Source of the DNA: Candidatus Eiseniibacteriota bacterium
GTDB taxonomy: Bacteria > Eisenbacteria > RBG-16-71-46 > CAZAMP01
Length of the DNA stretch: 64,000 nucleotides
Assembly (NCBI GenBank): GCA_965224245.1
Contig: OZ245046.1
Coordinates: forward strand, 224,001 to 288,000
Direction of reading: 5' to 3'
Shown: piece by piece, positions 38,801 through 47,992 of the stretch
Position numbering within the stretch: position 1 is the stretch's first letter
Layout: every line of letters starts with the position of its first letter
The notes under the pieces: generated by a model
What the model was told of the DNA's origin: nothing
Databases searched by the model: none
What the model saw: the letters and a program-made list of their open reading frames with translations, nothing else
Made by a program: the position numbers and the translations under genes

Positions 38801-40729
38801 GCGGGCACCTACGAGGTCACGGTGACCGACGACAACGGATGCGTCGGGACGGGATCCGGTGATCTGACGATCAACCCGGGTCTGGTGATCAAGATCGACG
38901 ACCAGGAAGCGTGTGACGGCGATACAGCCGAGCTCTGCGCCCAGGTCAACGGTGGCGAGTATCCGTTCTCGTTCTCGTGGACGGGCCCCGGTGGGTTCGT
39001 CTCGGCCGACTCGTGCATCACGGTCGGCGTCGACGGGACGTACTCGGTCACCGTGGTCGACGTGAACGGGTGCGAGGGCTCCGGCTCCGGAGACCTCACG
39101 GTTCACGACAACCCGGTGGTCACGGTGGACGACGACGAGGCGTGCGACGGTGACACGGCCGAGCTGTGCGCCGTGGTATCCGGCGGCCAGTATCCGTTCA
39201 CGTTCTCGTGGACGGGCCCCGGTGGGTTCGTCTCGGCCGACTCGTGCATCGCGGTCGGCGTCGGGGGCACGTACGAGGTCACGGTGACCGACGACAACGG
39301 GTGCGAAGGCTCCGGGTCGGGTGACGCGACCATCCACGACAACCCGACGTGCTCGCTCGATCCCCCCGATCCGCTGCCCGAGTGCGGCTCCACGGGGAAC
39401 ACGCTGAGCGGTCCGGACGGGATGACCACGTACCTGTGGGAGCTCACGTCCGCTCCCGCCGGCTGGATGATCACCGGCGGTGCCGACCAGCAGACCGTCA
39501 CGTACACGGCCGGCGATGAAGGGGATGCGACGTTCCAGCTGACCATCACCGACGGCAACGGCTGCGTGGGCATGTGTGACGTCATGTTCTCGTGCACGCC
39601 GCCGCCTCCGGTCGACAAGTTCTGCACGTTCACGCAGGGCTTCTACGGCAACCCGGGTGGTCGCTTCAACGGGATCCCCACGCTGGATCTGATCAAGGCG
39701 TTGATCACGCCGGGGAACCCCCTCGTGGTCGGCGTGCCCGGCATGGCCCGTTCGCTCGAAGGCCTGCTCGGTGGCGGTGGTCGCTCCGTGACCTGGGAGG
39801 GAGGAGCGTCCGGCGGATACGTGTTCGAGGACTGCCCGGAGGAGCCCAACGGGGATCCCGGCGTCGCCGAACACTGCGTGATCGAGCGTCTGCCGGCCGG
39901 TGGTCCCGCGGAGGAGCTTCCGCTGGGGCTCGGTGACGTGACCGTCGATCCCTCGGACTGCGACACCGATCCGCCGCTGCCGATGCGGAACGGCAAGTAT
40001 CGGAACGTGCTGCTCGGTCAGACGATCACGCTGTCGCTGAACGTCCGGGTCGACGAGAACCTGAGCGATCTCGGGGTCTGCCGCGTGATGAAGACCGCGT
40101 CGGTGAACCCGGGACCGGACGGATGCTACGGGACCGAAGACGACCTGCTGCATCATCCGGGCGGAGACACGACGAGCGTGTACATTCCCGAGTCGGTCCT
40201 CCAGAAGCTGGACGACGACCCGGGTCTCGACACGACCGTCGGGGGCATTCTCGAGCTCGCGAACTGGGCGCTCGCCGGCCTGCTGGATCCGGATACGGAC
40301 CCGAGTCCGAGCGAGATCAGCGACGCGGCGGCGGCCATCAACGAAGGCTTCGACGAGTGCCGCTTCCTGATCTACTGCGGTGAAGGCGATGCCTCCGATC
40401 CAATGCTGGTGACGTCGCCGACCCGCGAGGACCACGTCCCGATCCCGTTCTCGCTGGGGGGCAACTACCCGAACCCGGTCCGCAGTGCCACGACGATTCA
40501 CTTCACGCTCGCGGAGCGGAGTGAGATCCGACTCGCCGTCTACGACGTCTCGGGTCGGCAGGTCGCCCTCCTCCTGGAGGGGTCGCTGAGGGCCGGAAGC
40601 CACCGTGCGGTGTGGGACATGGTCGATCGAGGGGACTTCTCGGCCGGAATCTACTTCTACCGGCTCGATGCTGCCGGTGCCAGCGGCTCGGCGTTCACCG
40701 AGACCCGCAGGATGCTGGTCCTGAGGTAA
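35891..40729 (+). CDS. large secreted Cys-rich repeat protein (SprB/PKD-like Ig repeats) with C-terminal FlgD/T9SS-like domain, ~1612 aa
   Basis: GGAGGA RBS before GTG 35891, signal peptide ending ANA. Repeats GTYSVTVTDANGC, CTFTQGFYGN domain, tail NYPNP...YDVSGRQV...AGIYFYRL...TRRMLVLR. Confidence 0.9.
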   Translation: MRITSRTLSVAGAEAFAAGLFVMLVAALPANAAVDDVELDGNGYDEVDPADDWDVITSTGGSSVIATPVIPDPAGNNIFTTGGSKDIEDVSSWAWTEGSVPDKDEITNAMAALYTGNKLYFAADRFANNGDASLGFWLFQNPIGLEPDGSFSGVHAVGDILILADFVQGGATTIVPRVFRWVGDGSGSEGNIDEIIVGVETASAITNALVECAPWPYEPKFPEECPPGCDDPNCHPPSSFFEGGLDLGLLGVNPCFSSFLVETRSSQSVSAQLKDFVLGDFTTNPTCEITGAPELCEGETAEYCSSCDLSIGTYLWEVVSGDATIVGADDGSCVDVQAGTTNFTLKLSVVGVDGCPGEFFKEVVVNPLPVCDIGGPDEVCEDSENEHCASCGTGDFDYAWSIAGDGEITTPLDGSCVTVLAGADAILTGVSSYTLTLTVTSADGCVDTFEKTVNVNPNPVVTVADNEACDGDTAELCAEVALGEYPFTFSWTGPGGFVSADSCITVGVEGTYSVTVTDANGCEGSGSGDLTIHDNPVVTVDDNEACDGDTAELCAEVSVGQYPFSFAWTGPGGFVSADSCITVGVEGTYSVTVTDANGCEGSGSGDLTIHDNPVVTVDDNEACDGDTAELCAGVSVGQYPFSFAWTGPGGFVSADSCITVGVEGTYSVTVTDANGCEGTGSGDLTIHDNPVVTVDDRDACEGFSAELCAEVSVGQYPFTFAWTGPGGFVSADSCITVGVAGTYEVTVTDDNGCVGTGSGDLTINPGLVIKIDDQEACDGDTAELCAQVNGGEYPFSFSWTGPGGFVSADSCITVGVDGTYSVTVVDVNGCEGSGSGDLTVHDNPVVTVDDDEACDGDTAELCAVVSGGQYPFTFSWTGPGGFVSADSCITVGVEGEYSVMVTDDNGCEGTGSGDLTIHDNPVVTVDDREACEGFTAELCAEVSVGQYPFTFAWTGPGGFVSADSCITVGDAGTYEVTVTDDNGCVGTGSGDLTINPGLVIKIDDQEACDGDTAELCAQVNGGEYPFSFSWTGPGGFVSADSCITVGVDGTYSVTVVDVNGCEGSGSGDLTVHDNPVVTVDDDEACDGDTAELCAVVSGGQYPFTFSWTGPGGFVSADSCIAVGVGGTYEVTVTDDNGCEGSGSGDATIHDNPTCSLDPPDPLPECGSTGNTLSGPDGMTTYLWELTSAPAGWMITGGADQQTVTYTAGDEGDATFQLTITDGNGCVGMCDVMFSCTPPPPVDKFCTFTQGFYGNPGGRFNGIPTLDLIKALITPGNPLVVGVPGMARSLEGLLGGGGRSVTWEGGASGGYVFEDCPEEPNGDPGVAEHCVIERLPAGGPAEELPLGLGDVTVDPSDCDTDPPLPMRNGKYRNVLLGQTITLSLNVRVDENLSDLGVCRVMKTASVNPGPDGCYGTEDDLLHHPGGDTTSVYIPESVLQKLDDDPGLDTTVGGILELANWALAGLLDPDTDPSPSEISDAAAAINEGFDECRFLIYCGEGDASDPMLVTSPTREDHVPIPFSLGGNYPNPVRSATTIHFTLAERSEIRLAVYDVSGRQVALLLEGSLRAGSHRAVWDMVDRGDFSAGIYFYRLDAAGASGSAFTETRRMLVLR
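37262..39340 (+). repeat. intragenic tandem array, 9 x 231 bp (77 aa)
   Basis: Units begin at 37262, 37493, 37724, 37955, 38186, 38417, 38648, 38879 and 39110. All share WTGPGGFVSADSCI. Confidence 0.95.
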
Positions 40730-40744
40730 CCAAGCTCCACTCTG

Positions 40745-40775
40745 ACGCGACCCCGGGGACTCCCCGGGGTCGCGT
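40745..40775 (+). terminator. perfect 14-bp hairpin after the repeat protein gene
   Basis: ACGCGACCCCGGGG-act-CCCCGGGGTCGCGT, with no clear U tract. Confidence 0.6.
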
Positions 40776-41008
40776 TCGTCCAGCCGAGCCCACAATCGCT
40801 TTCACCGCCACGAGTTGAAGGACCCGGCTCGCATCCCGGGCACGGGGCCATCTGCCCGACCGGGTCGGTGATCCGCGGACCGGTTTCACCGGGACCCTGA
40901 CGACCCCGACCGTTCAACGACCCACCTCCTCCCCGTTCGCTTCGACGGACGCCGGCATTACCTCGTTGAGGGCCATCCATGAGCGCCGGCGATCAGCAGG
41001 AGGGAACG

Positions 41009-44000
41009 ATGACTGTCGGAGCCCGTTACGCCAGACACATCCTGATCTGGAGCATGAGCGTGATCCCGGCCCTGCCGGCAGGGGCCCGAGCCCAATGCCC
41101 CGAGCCGCTTCTGGTGCTCGAGACGCTGCTGGGCAACGTCGACTTCGGCAGCGAGGTCACGACGCTCGACTTCAACGCCGACGGCTACGACGACATTGCC
41201 GTGGGTGGCCCCGTGACCTGCCTCGAGTGCCCGGACGCGGGCTACGTTCGCCTGTTCTACGGTGGACCCTCGTCCGATGCCCTCGAGGACTTCGCACTGG
41301 CCGGGCAGTATCCCGACGAGGACTTCGGCATCGCGGTCGACGCGGCCGGGGACGTCAACGGCGACGGGTACGACGATCTCGTCGTCGGCGCCCGCAAGGC
41401 ATCGGAAGGCGGGATCAAGGCAGGAAAGGCGTATGTGTTCTTCGGAGGCCCCGATCCCGATCCCACCCCGGACATGGTCCTCATCGGCCCCTGGGCATAC
41501 GCCTTCTTCGGAGACGACGTGGCCGGACTGGGTGACGTCAACGGGGACGGCTACGACGACATCATCGTGGGAGCCCCCGCCGACGACCAGATCATCGACG
41601 ACAATGGGTGGGCGTTCATCTTCTACGGGGGGTCGACTCCGGACACGATCGCCGACATCGAGATCGAGGGCGTGGCGATCGACGACAACTTCGGGACGGC
41701 GGTCGCCTCGGCGGGAGACATCAACGGCGACGGACGTCCCGACGTCATCGTGGGCGCTCCGGGGAACGACGCGTTCGGTGACGAGAACCGCGGCCGTGCG
41801 TACGTCCTCTTCATGGGCAGCCTCGCCGACGAGTTCATCGACGTTCCGTACACCGGGGAGGCCGCGGGCGATCTCTTCGGAGCACGCGTGGAGACGATCG
41901 GTGACCTGAACGACGACGGGTACGACGACGTGATGGTCGGCGCGGCCCGCAACGGATCGCTGATGGAGCTGGCCGGCGCGGTCTACGTGTTCGAGGGCGG
42001 GCCGGGCATTCCCGATGGCGACGTCGACCTCGTCTTGCGCGGGACGGAACCTCAGGAGACCTTCGGCGTCACGCTGGCGAATGTCGGGGATCTCACCGGG
42101 GACGGCTTCGACGAGATCGCTGTCGGATCCCTCTGGGGGACGTACGCGGGGCGCGTGTATCTCTTTCGCGGCGGGCCGGACGCGGATGCGACCGCTGACC
42201 TCGTGCTCGACGGGGGCGGCCAGTTCGACTACTTCGGCAACGACCTCGGGCGATCCGCGGACTTCGACGACGACGGGAAGCTCGAGCTCGTCGTGGGCGC
42301 GTCCGGGGAGAACCGGGTCTACGTCTACGACGACGGCCTGCTCACGGACTGCAACGAGAACCTCGTTCCCGATCGGTGCGACATCGCGGGAGGAACCTCT
42401 CTCGACTGCAACGACAACGACGTTCCGGACGAGTGTGAGACCGACTGCAACGAGAACGGCGTGCCCGACGACTGCGACATCGCCGATGGCACCTCCGAGG
42501 ACTGCAACCTCGATGCGGTTCCCGACGAGTGTCAGGCCGACTGCGACGGCAACGGGATTCCCGACGACTGCGACATCGCCGGCGGTGCGCCCGATTGCGA
42601 CGCCAATGGCGTGCTCGATGCGTGCGACATTCTGGACGGCGCCCCCGACTGCAACGCGAACGGCGTGCCGGACCTCTGTGACGTGCACCCGAGCATCACG
42701 GTGACCGCGGATGCTCCAGACGAGGAGCTGGGGACATCGGTGGCGTTTGCCGGCGATCTCGACGGAGATGGCTCGACGACGTCGCCATCGGCGTTCCGGG
42801 AGCCGACGGCGCCGGTGTGGACGCCGGCGAGGTGCTCGTGCTCTTCGGCGGCCCGGGCGCGGATGGCATCGCCGATCTCGTGCTTCCGGGAGCCGCTTCG
42901 GGCGACGCGTTCGGTGCGGCGGTCGCCGGTGCCGGAGACGTGAACGCGGACGGGTTCGACGATCTCGTCGTCGGCGCGCCGGGCTCCAGTGCGAGTGGGC
43001 TCGACAGCGGCGTTGCCTACCTGTTTCTCGGCGGCGATCCGATGGATCCGGTTGCGGACCGGAGCTTCGTGAGAGCGAGCGGCGACCGGCTGGGCAGCGC
43101 CGTCGCCGGTGCCGACGTCGACGACGACGGCTTCTCCGACCTGATCGTCGGCGCGCCGGCCGACGATCCCGTACGCCGCGGCCGGGTCCTCCTGTACCGC
43201 GGCGGCCCGGGCGTACCGGACGGCACGCACGATCAGATGCTCGAGGGAACGATGGATGGTGACCGTTTCGGCGCGGCCGTCGCCGCGGTCGGTGACGCCG
43301 ATGGGGACGGCTACGTGGATGTCCTCGTGGGCGCGCCGGGCTGGAACGGCATGGGCTTCGAGACCGGACGGGCGTCGCTCTACGTCGGGCGACCGTCCGG
43401 CCAACTCGTGCTGGCGGGGCACTTCAACGGACAGCTGGCGGGGGATCGCTTCGGGGCCACGGTGGCCGGGGCAGGGGACGTGAACGCCGACGGCTTCGAC
43501 GATCTCCTGGTCGGTGCACCGGACAGGTCGACGTTTCAGCCGCGCTCCGGGCGCGTGTACCTGTACCACGGCGCGCCGTTCGTGGACGGCGGCATCGACG
43601 CGCAGTTCACCGGACAGGCCGCGCACGCGCGCCTGGGGGTGGCGGCGACCGGGGCGGGGGACCTCGATGGCGACGGGTTCGGCGACGTCGTGATCGGCGC
43701 AGAGCGGTCCTCTTCGCTCGAGGGGGCCGTGTTCGTCTACTTCGGCGAAGCGTGGACCGACGAGAGTCCCGACCGCGTGGTCCTCGGGACCACCGCCGAC
43801 GACCGACTGGGGGCGGCGCTCGGTGCCGGCGCCGACTTCGACGCGGACGGCGTGATGGACATCCTCCTCGGCGCACCCGGACAGGGGCTCGGAGGGGAGG
43901 TCATCATCGCCGACGTGACCAGTGCGTTCGAGGATTGCAACGACAACGGTGTCGGTGATGCCTGCGACATTGCCGACGGGACGTCTCTGGACGAGAACGG

Positions 44001-44331
44001 CAACGGCATTCCCGACGAGTGCGAGCCCCTCGGCGCCCCGGTCGTATCGCCGACCGCCATCACCCTGTCCGCCGTGACTCCGAGCCCCACGATCGGCGAG
44101 GCTCGACTCGAGCTTCGTCTCTCTCGCACGGCACCGGTCGAGCTGACCATCTTCGACGCCCGAGGGCGGTCGGTGGCGGTGCTCCACGACGGGGTCCTGG
44201 TCGCGGGCAGCCACACCTTCCGCTGGTCAGGTCGGTCGCGCTCCGGAGCCCCGGTCGGTCCCGGCGTGTATTACTTCCGGTTGACCGCGGCGGACCGCAC
44301 GTGGACGCGCCAGCTGCTCCGGATCCGCTGA
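41009..44331 (+). pseudogene. double FG-GAP domain protein with DCNxNGVPDxC repeats and C-terminal FlgD/T9SS-like domain, one frameshift
   Basis: AGGAGG RBS before ATG 41009. FG-GAP repeats continue from ORF 40979 into ORF 42817 across a 1-nt deletion at 42773-42774 (GDLDGDG-tc-DDVAIG). May be a sequencing error. Confidence 0.82.
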
Positions 44332-44538
44332 TTCGCGAACGCCCGACGGAACGAAACGAAGCGGGGTTCGATGGTGGCGTTTCGCGATTGAAACCGATGA
44401 CGTGATGCCGAAGCGGGGCGAACCGTCGTTCAGGCAACGCCGAGTTGACTCCGCGAGTCCCCACGCCACACACTGCATCGCGCCTCGAGCCTTTCCGTGA
44501 TCACGCTCACGCGATCTGGATGTGCCATTGGAGGAGTG

Positions 44539-45084
44539 ATGAAGCCGTACGTTGCGCCGGGTGTCGTCGTCGTCCTGTCACTGATGAGCGGCATCGTGCT
44601 CGCGAAGCCGCAAGGCGATCTGATCGCCGAGGGAGAGCGTCTCGTTCACGTTCTCGACTGCAACATCTGCCACTCACCGAAGGTCTTCACCGAGCAAGGC
44701 CCGGTGCCGGACACGAGCCGGCTTCTGTCCGGTCATCCGGCCGGGGATCCGATGCCGGAGATCCCCTCGGGACTGGTCGGTCCGGAGGGCTGGGGTGGCC
44801 TCTTCAACAATCACATGACGGCATGGGCCGGGCCCTGGGGTGTGAGCTTCGCGTTCAATCTCACCCCCGACGAGGAGACCGGCATCGGAGTCTGGACCGA
44901 GGAGATGTTCGTCGGGTCCATTCGCAACGGAAAGCACATGAGCGTCGGACGTCCCGTGTTGCCGCCGATGCCGTGGCCCGCCTACTCGCGACTCACCGAC
45001 GAGGAGCTCAGGGCCATCTTCGCGTACCTGAAGTCGGTCCCGCCGATCAAGAACAAGGTGCCGGACCCCGTCGCGCCGCAGTGA
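44539..45084 (+). CDS. periplasmic c-type cytochrome (single CxxCH)
   Basis: GGAGGAG RBS, signal peptide. GERLV-x3-DCNICHSP, NLTPDEETGIG-W, LPPMPW, AIFAYLKS. Confidence 0.88.
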   Translation: MKPYVAPGVVVVLSLMSGIVLAKPQGDLIAEGERLVHVLDCNICHSPKVFTEQGPVPDTSRLLSGHPAGDPMPEIPSGLVGPEGWGGLFNNHMTAWAGPWGVSFAFNLTPDEETGIGVWTEEMFVGSIRNGKHMSVGRPVLPPMPWPAYSRLTDEELRAIFAYLKSVPPIKNKVPDPVAPQ

Positions 45085-45117
45085 GCCCCTCGACCACGAT
45101 CCCCATCCGATAAACGA

Positions 45118-45150
45118 GGAGGCCGAGCGCAGGCGCTGCGCTCGGCCTCC
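45118..45150. terminator. perfect 15-bp hairpin between convergent genes
   Basis: GGAGGCCGAGCGCAG-gcg-CTGCGCTCGGCCTCC. Confidence 0.65.
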
Positions 45151-45182
45151 CCGCAGGTTTGGACCGCTTCGTCCGACGTCGC

Positions 45183-47660
45183 TTATCGCGTCACGACGAG
45201 CTGCTTCGAGAGCGACGCGCCGTTGGCCTCGAGCCGTGCGTAGTACACGCCCGGCGTGAGGTCCGTCACGTCGACCTGCACGTTGTCCACGATCTTGTCG
45301 GCATGGCGATCGGCCAGCATGCGAACCAGACGCCCCGACACGTCGTAGAGGCCGAGACGGATGTGACCCTCCTTGCGAAGCGCGAAGCGGATCGTGGCCT
45401 GCTGCGCGACGGGATTGCCGAGAACCCGCATGGTCAACGGCTGGATCACCGGGTTCGCCGAGCCTACCGCCACCGGATCCAGGCCCGAGATGTCGAGCTC
45501 CCACATGCCGCGACCGTGCGTGGCCACGCGAAGGAAGCGGCCGGTTTCGTGGAGCCGGATGTCGTCCACGACCACGTGCGGCAGTCCCACGTTCAGCGGG
45601 ATCCACGAGCTTCCGGCGCCGAACGACACGTATACCGCGAGGTCGCTACCGACGAAGTACCAGTTCGGATTGGACGGGTCGATCGCGATCGAGTTCATGG
45701 GCTCGTCCGGGAGACCGGCATCGATCGGGGTCCACGTCATGGCCTGATCGGTCGTCTTCTGCATCTGGGGGATGCCGGGGTTGTACGTGGAGAGCGTCAC
45801 CACGAACGTGTTCGGATCGGTCGGATGACAGTAGACGTCGCTGATCGAGCCACCAGAGGCGAGCCCGTTCGTGCGGTCTTCCCAGGTCGCGCCACCGTCT
45901 GTGGAGACGTACACGCGTGTCGAGGTCGTCACCACCAGGACCTGCGGGTTGTCGCGACACTGGTGAATGGACCTCGCCGACCCGGAGATGGTTCCGATGG
46001 AGCTCCACGACGTCCCACGGTTGGTGGTCTTGTAGATGTTCGTGTTGTGGACGGCGTAGAGCGTCTGGGGATTGGCGAAGTCCATGTGGGTCGGGGTCTC
46101 CCACGGACCGGCCTCGGTGATCCCGCTCATGATCTGATTCATCCCGGGGCCGCCGGTGAGGCTTCGGTAGTGCTCGCCGAACTGGATCTCGGCGTACACG
46201 ACATCCGCGTCGTTGTAGTCGATCTCGCACTGGAAGCCGTCGGCGCCGAGGATGCGCGTGTGGTTGAGCGTGCCACTGTAGCGCCAGGTCCCGTTGTCCT
46301 GGGTGCCACCGACCGCACGCGTCGGCAGCGTGACCGAGTGGTTCATCGCGTAGTACTGCAGCGTGGTGAGCCCGCTGTTCCGGCTGCCGAACGTCTCGCC
46401 CGAGTTGATGCTGCGGTAGACGCCGCCGTCGGTTCCGACCCACATGATGTCCGGGTTCACCGGATCCCAGAACGTCGCGTGATGATCCACGTGAACGTTG
46501 CCCGCGATCGTGCTGAACGAGGACCCGCCGTTGGTCGAGCGATGGAGCTCGATGCCGCCCGACCACACGCGGTTGGCGTTCTGGGGATCCACGGAGATCG
46601 TGAGGTTGTACCAGCCCTGCGGGCCGTAGTGGCTGCCCCCGAAGACCTGCGAGAAGCTCGTGCCACCGTTGGTGGACTTCCAGATCCCCAGCATCGAGCC
46701 GTTGCCGTCGATGGCCCAGTAGATGACCTCGGGATTGGCGTCGGTGAGCGCGAAGCGCATGTTGCCGAGGTTCGTGGTGGGGGTTCCAAGGGTCACGAGC
46801 GACCACGTGGCGCCGTCGTCGTTCGAGACGTGGAAGCCGACGCCGCGTCGACACGCGAACATCGTGGAGCTCGAGCCCCGCTTCAGCTCGACGTCCCGCC
46901 AGGAGCCCGGCTCGATCAGGTCCCAGTTGTCGCCACCGTCGGTGGAGCGGTAGAGACCGTTCTCCTGGGCCACCACGAGCGTTCCCGTCGTCGGGTTGTG
47001 CTCGATCTCGAACTGGTCGCGGCCCTGGGACATGTCGTAGCTGAGGCCCGTCATCGACCAGGTCGCGCCCGCGTCCTCGGAGACGAGCAGGCCCACCCCG
47101 TGCACGGCGTCGATGTTGTTCCAGCCCTCGCCGGTCGCGATCCAGATGCGGTCGGGATTGTTGACGTCGATCTCAATAGCGCTGATCGCCAGCGTGGGCA
47201 GGAAGTCGTCGAGCGGCGCCCACGTGACCCCGGTATCGGTCGACTTCCAGATGCCACCGCTGGCGAAGCCGGCGTACACGACGTCAGAGTTGGACGGATC
47301 GACCTCGATCGCCAGGCAGCGACCGGCGACGTTGGTGGGACCGAGCGTGAACCACGTCGCACCGACCCGTCCCGTCTCCCGGACCATGTCCTGGAGCTGC
47401 TGGAAGGCCTCCCAGCGGGCTCCCGGCCTCATGTTGCCGTCGGCATCCAGACGCGGCTCGGTGAACCACTTGTAGCGCATGTAGGGCTTGAAGCCCGTGC
47501 CCGAGGTCTGGACCTCCGAGGGGAACTTCCCGATGAACTCCGCGTACTTGGCGTCCATCCGATCGAAGTACTCTCGGATCGTTTCCTGGGCGGCGAGCCT
47601 CCCGGGCGCGAGTGCAAGTGCGAACCCGATGAGTGTGATCGCGGTGGCGCTACGGAGCAT
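45183..47660 (-). CDS. secreted Asp-box/BNR (VPS10-like) propeller protein with sorting domain, paralog of 285-2828
   Basis: GGAGG RBS, signal peptide. GFKPYMR, ASGGIWKSTD, QGWY, HVDHH, GGTQDNG, THGRGMW. Tail YDVSGRLV...PGVYYARL. Confidence 0.9.
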   Translation of the reverse strand: MLRSATAITLIGFALALAPGRLAAQETIREYFDRMDAKYAEFIGKFPSEVQTSGTGFKPYMRYKWFTEPRLDADGNMRPGARWEAFQQLQDMVRETGRVGATWFTLGPTNVAGRCLAIEVDPSNSDVVYAGFASGGIWKSTDTGVTWAPLDDFLPTLAISAIEIDVNNPDRIWIATGEGWNNIDAVHGVGLLVSEDAGATWSMTGLSYDMSQGRDQFEIEHNPTTGTLVVAQENGLYRSTDGGDNWDLIEPGSWRDVELKRGSSSTMFACRRGVGFHVSNDDGATWSLVTLGTPTTNLGNMRFALTDANPEVIYWAIDGNGSMLGIWKSTNGGTSFSQVFGGSHYGPQGWYNLTISVDPQNANRVWSGGIELHRSTNGGSSFSTIAGNVHVDHHATFWDPVNPDIMWVGTDGGVYRSINSGETFGSRNSGLTTLQYYAMNHSVTLPTRAVGGTQDNGTWRYSGTLNHTRILGADGFQCEIDYNDADVVYAEIQFGEHYRSLTGGPGMNQIMSGITEAGPWETPTHMDFANPQTLYAVHNTNIYKTTNRGTSWSSIGTISGSARSIHQCRDNPQVLVVTTSTRVYVSTDGGATWEDRTNGLASGGSISDVYCHPTDPNTFVVTLSTYNPGIPQMQKTTDQAMTWTPIDAGLPDEPMNSIAIDPSNPNWYFVGSDLAVYVSFGAGSSWIPLNVGLPHVVVDDIRLHETGRFLRVATHGRGMWELDISGLDPVAVGSANPVIQPLTMRVLGNPVAQQATIRFALRKEGHIRLGLYDVSGRLVRMLADRHADKIVDNVQVDVTDLTPGVYYARLEANGASLSKQLVVTR

Positions 47661-47992
47661 AGATTGCCTCCATCCTTCGAGAGCTGGAAGTGGCCCGATG
47701 AGGGGTCCCTCCCGAAGGACGGCCGGCTAACCCCGTATACGAGCTCGGATCGAAAGTGATTGACGATCGAAGCATTGTATCAGAGATACCCTCGATGTGA
47801 GAGGCCACGTTGGGGGATGGTGGAGAACGCCACCTGCATAGAAACCGTTTGTCCAGGTTTTGCGCCGCTGGTTCACTTCTCACGCGATGCGCGCCGCGCT
47901 CGATCGAGATTTGGGGTGCATGCAAGGACGCCGCTCCGCCGGGGCACGTAGCCGCCCTGAGTGCGACGCGTTCGGGAGGGTCCTCGGCTCGC

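Noticed and set aside
37262-39340. CRISPR array
   Set aside because: The 231-bp units are in-frame coding repeats with no unique spacers, and there are no cas genes.
44357-44440. CGAAGCGGGG direct repeat and a CGTTCAGGCAACG 13-mer shared with about 34656-34668, as attC or operator
   Set aside because: Only two short matches, no attC bottom-strand hairpin and no integrase.
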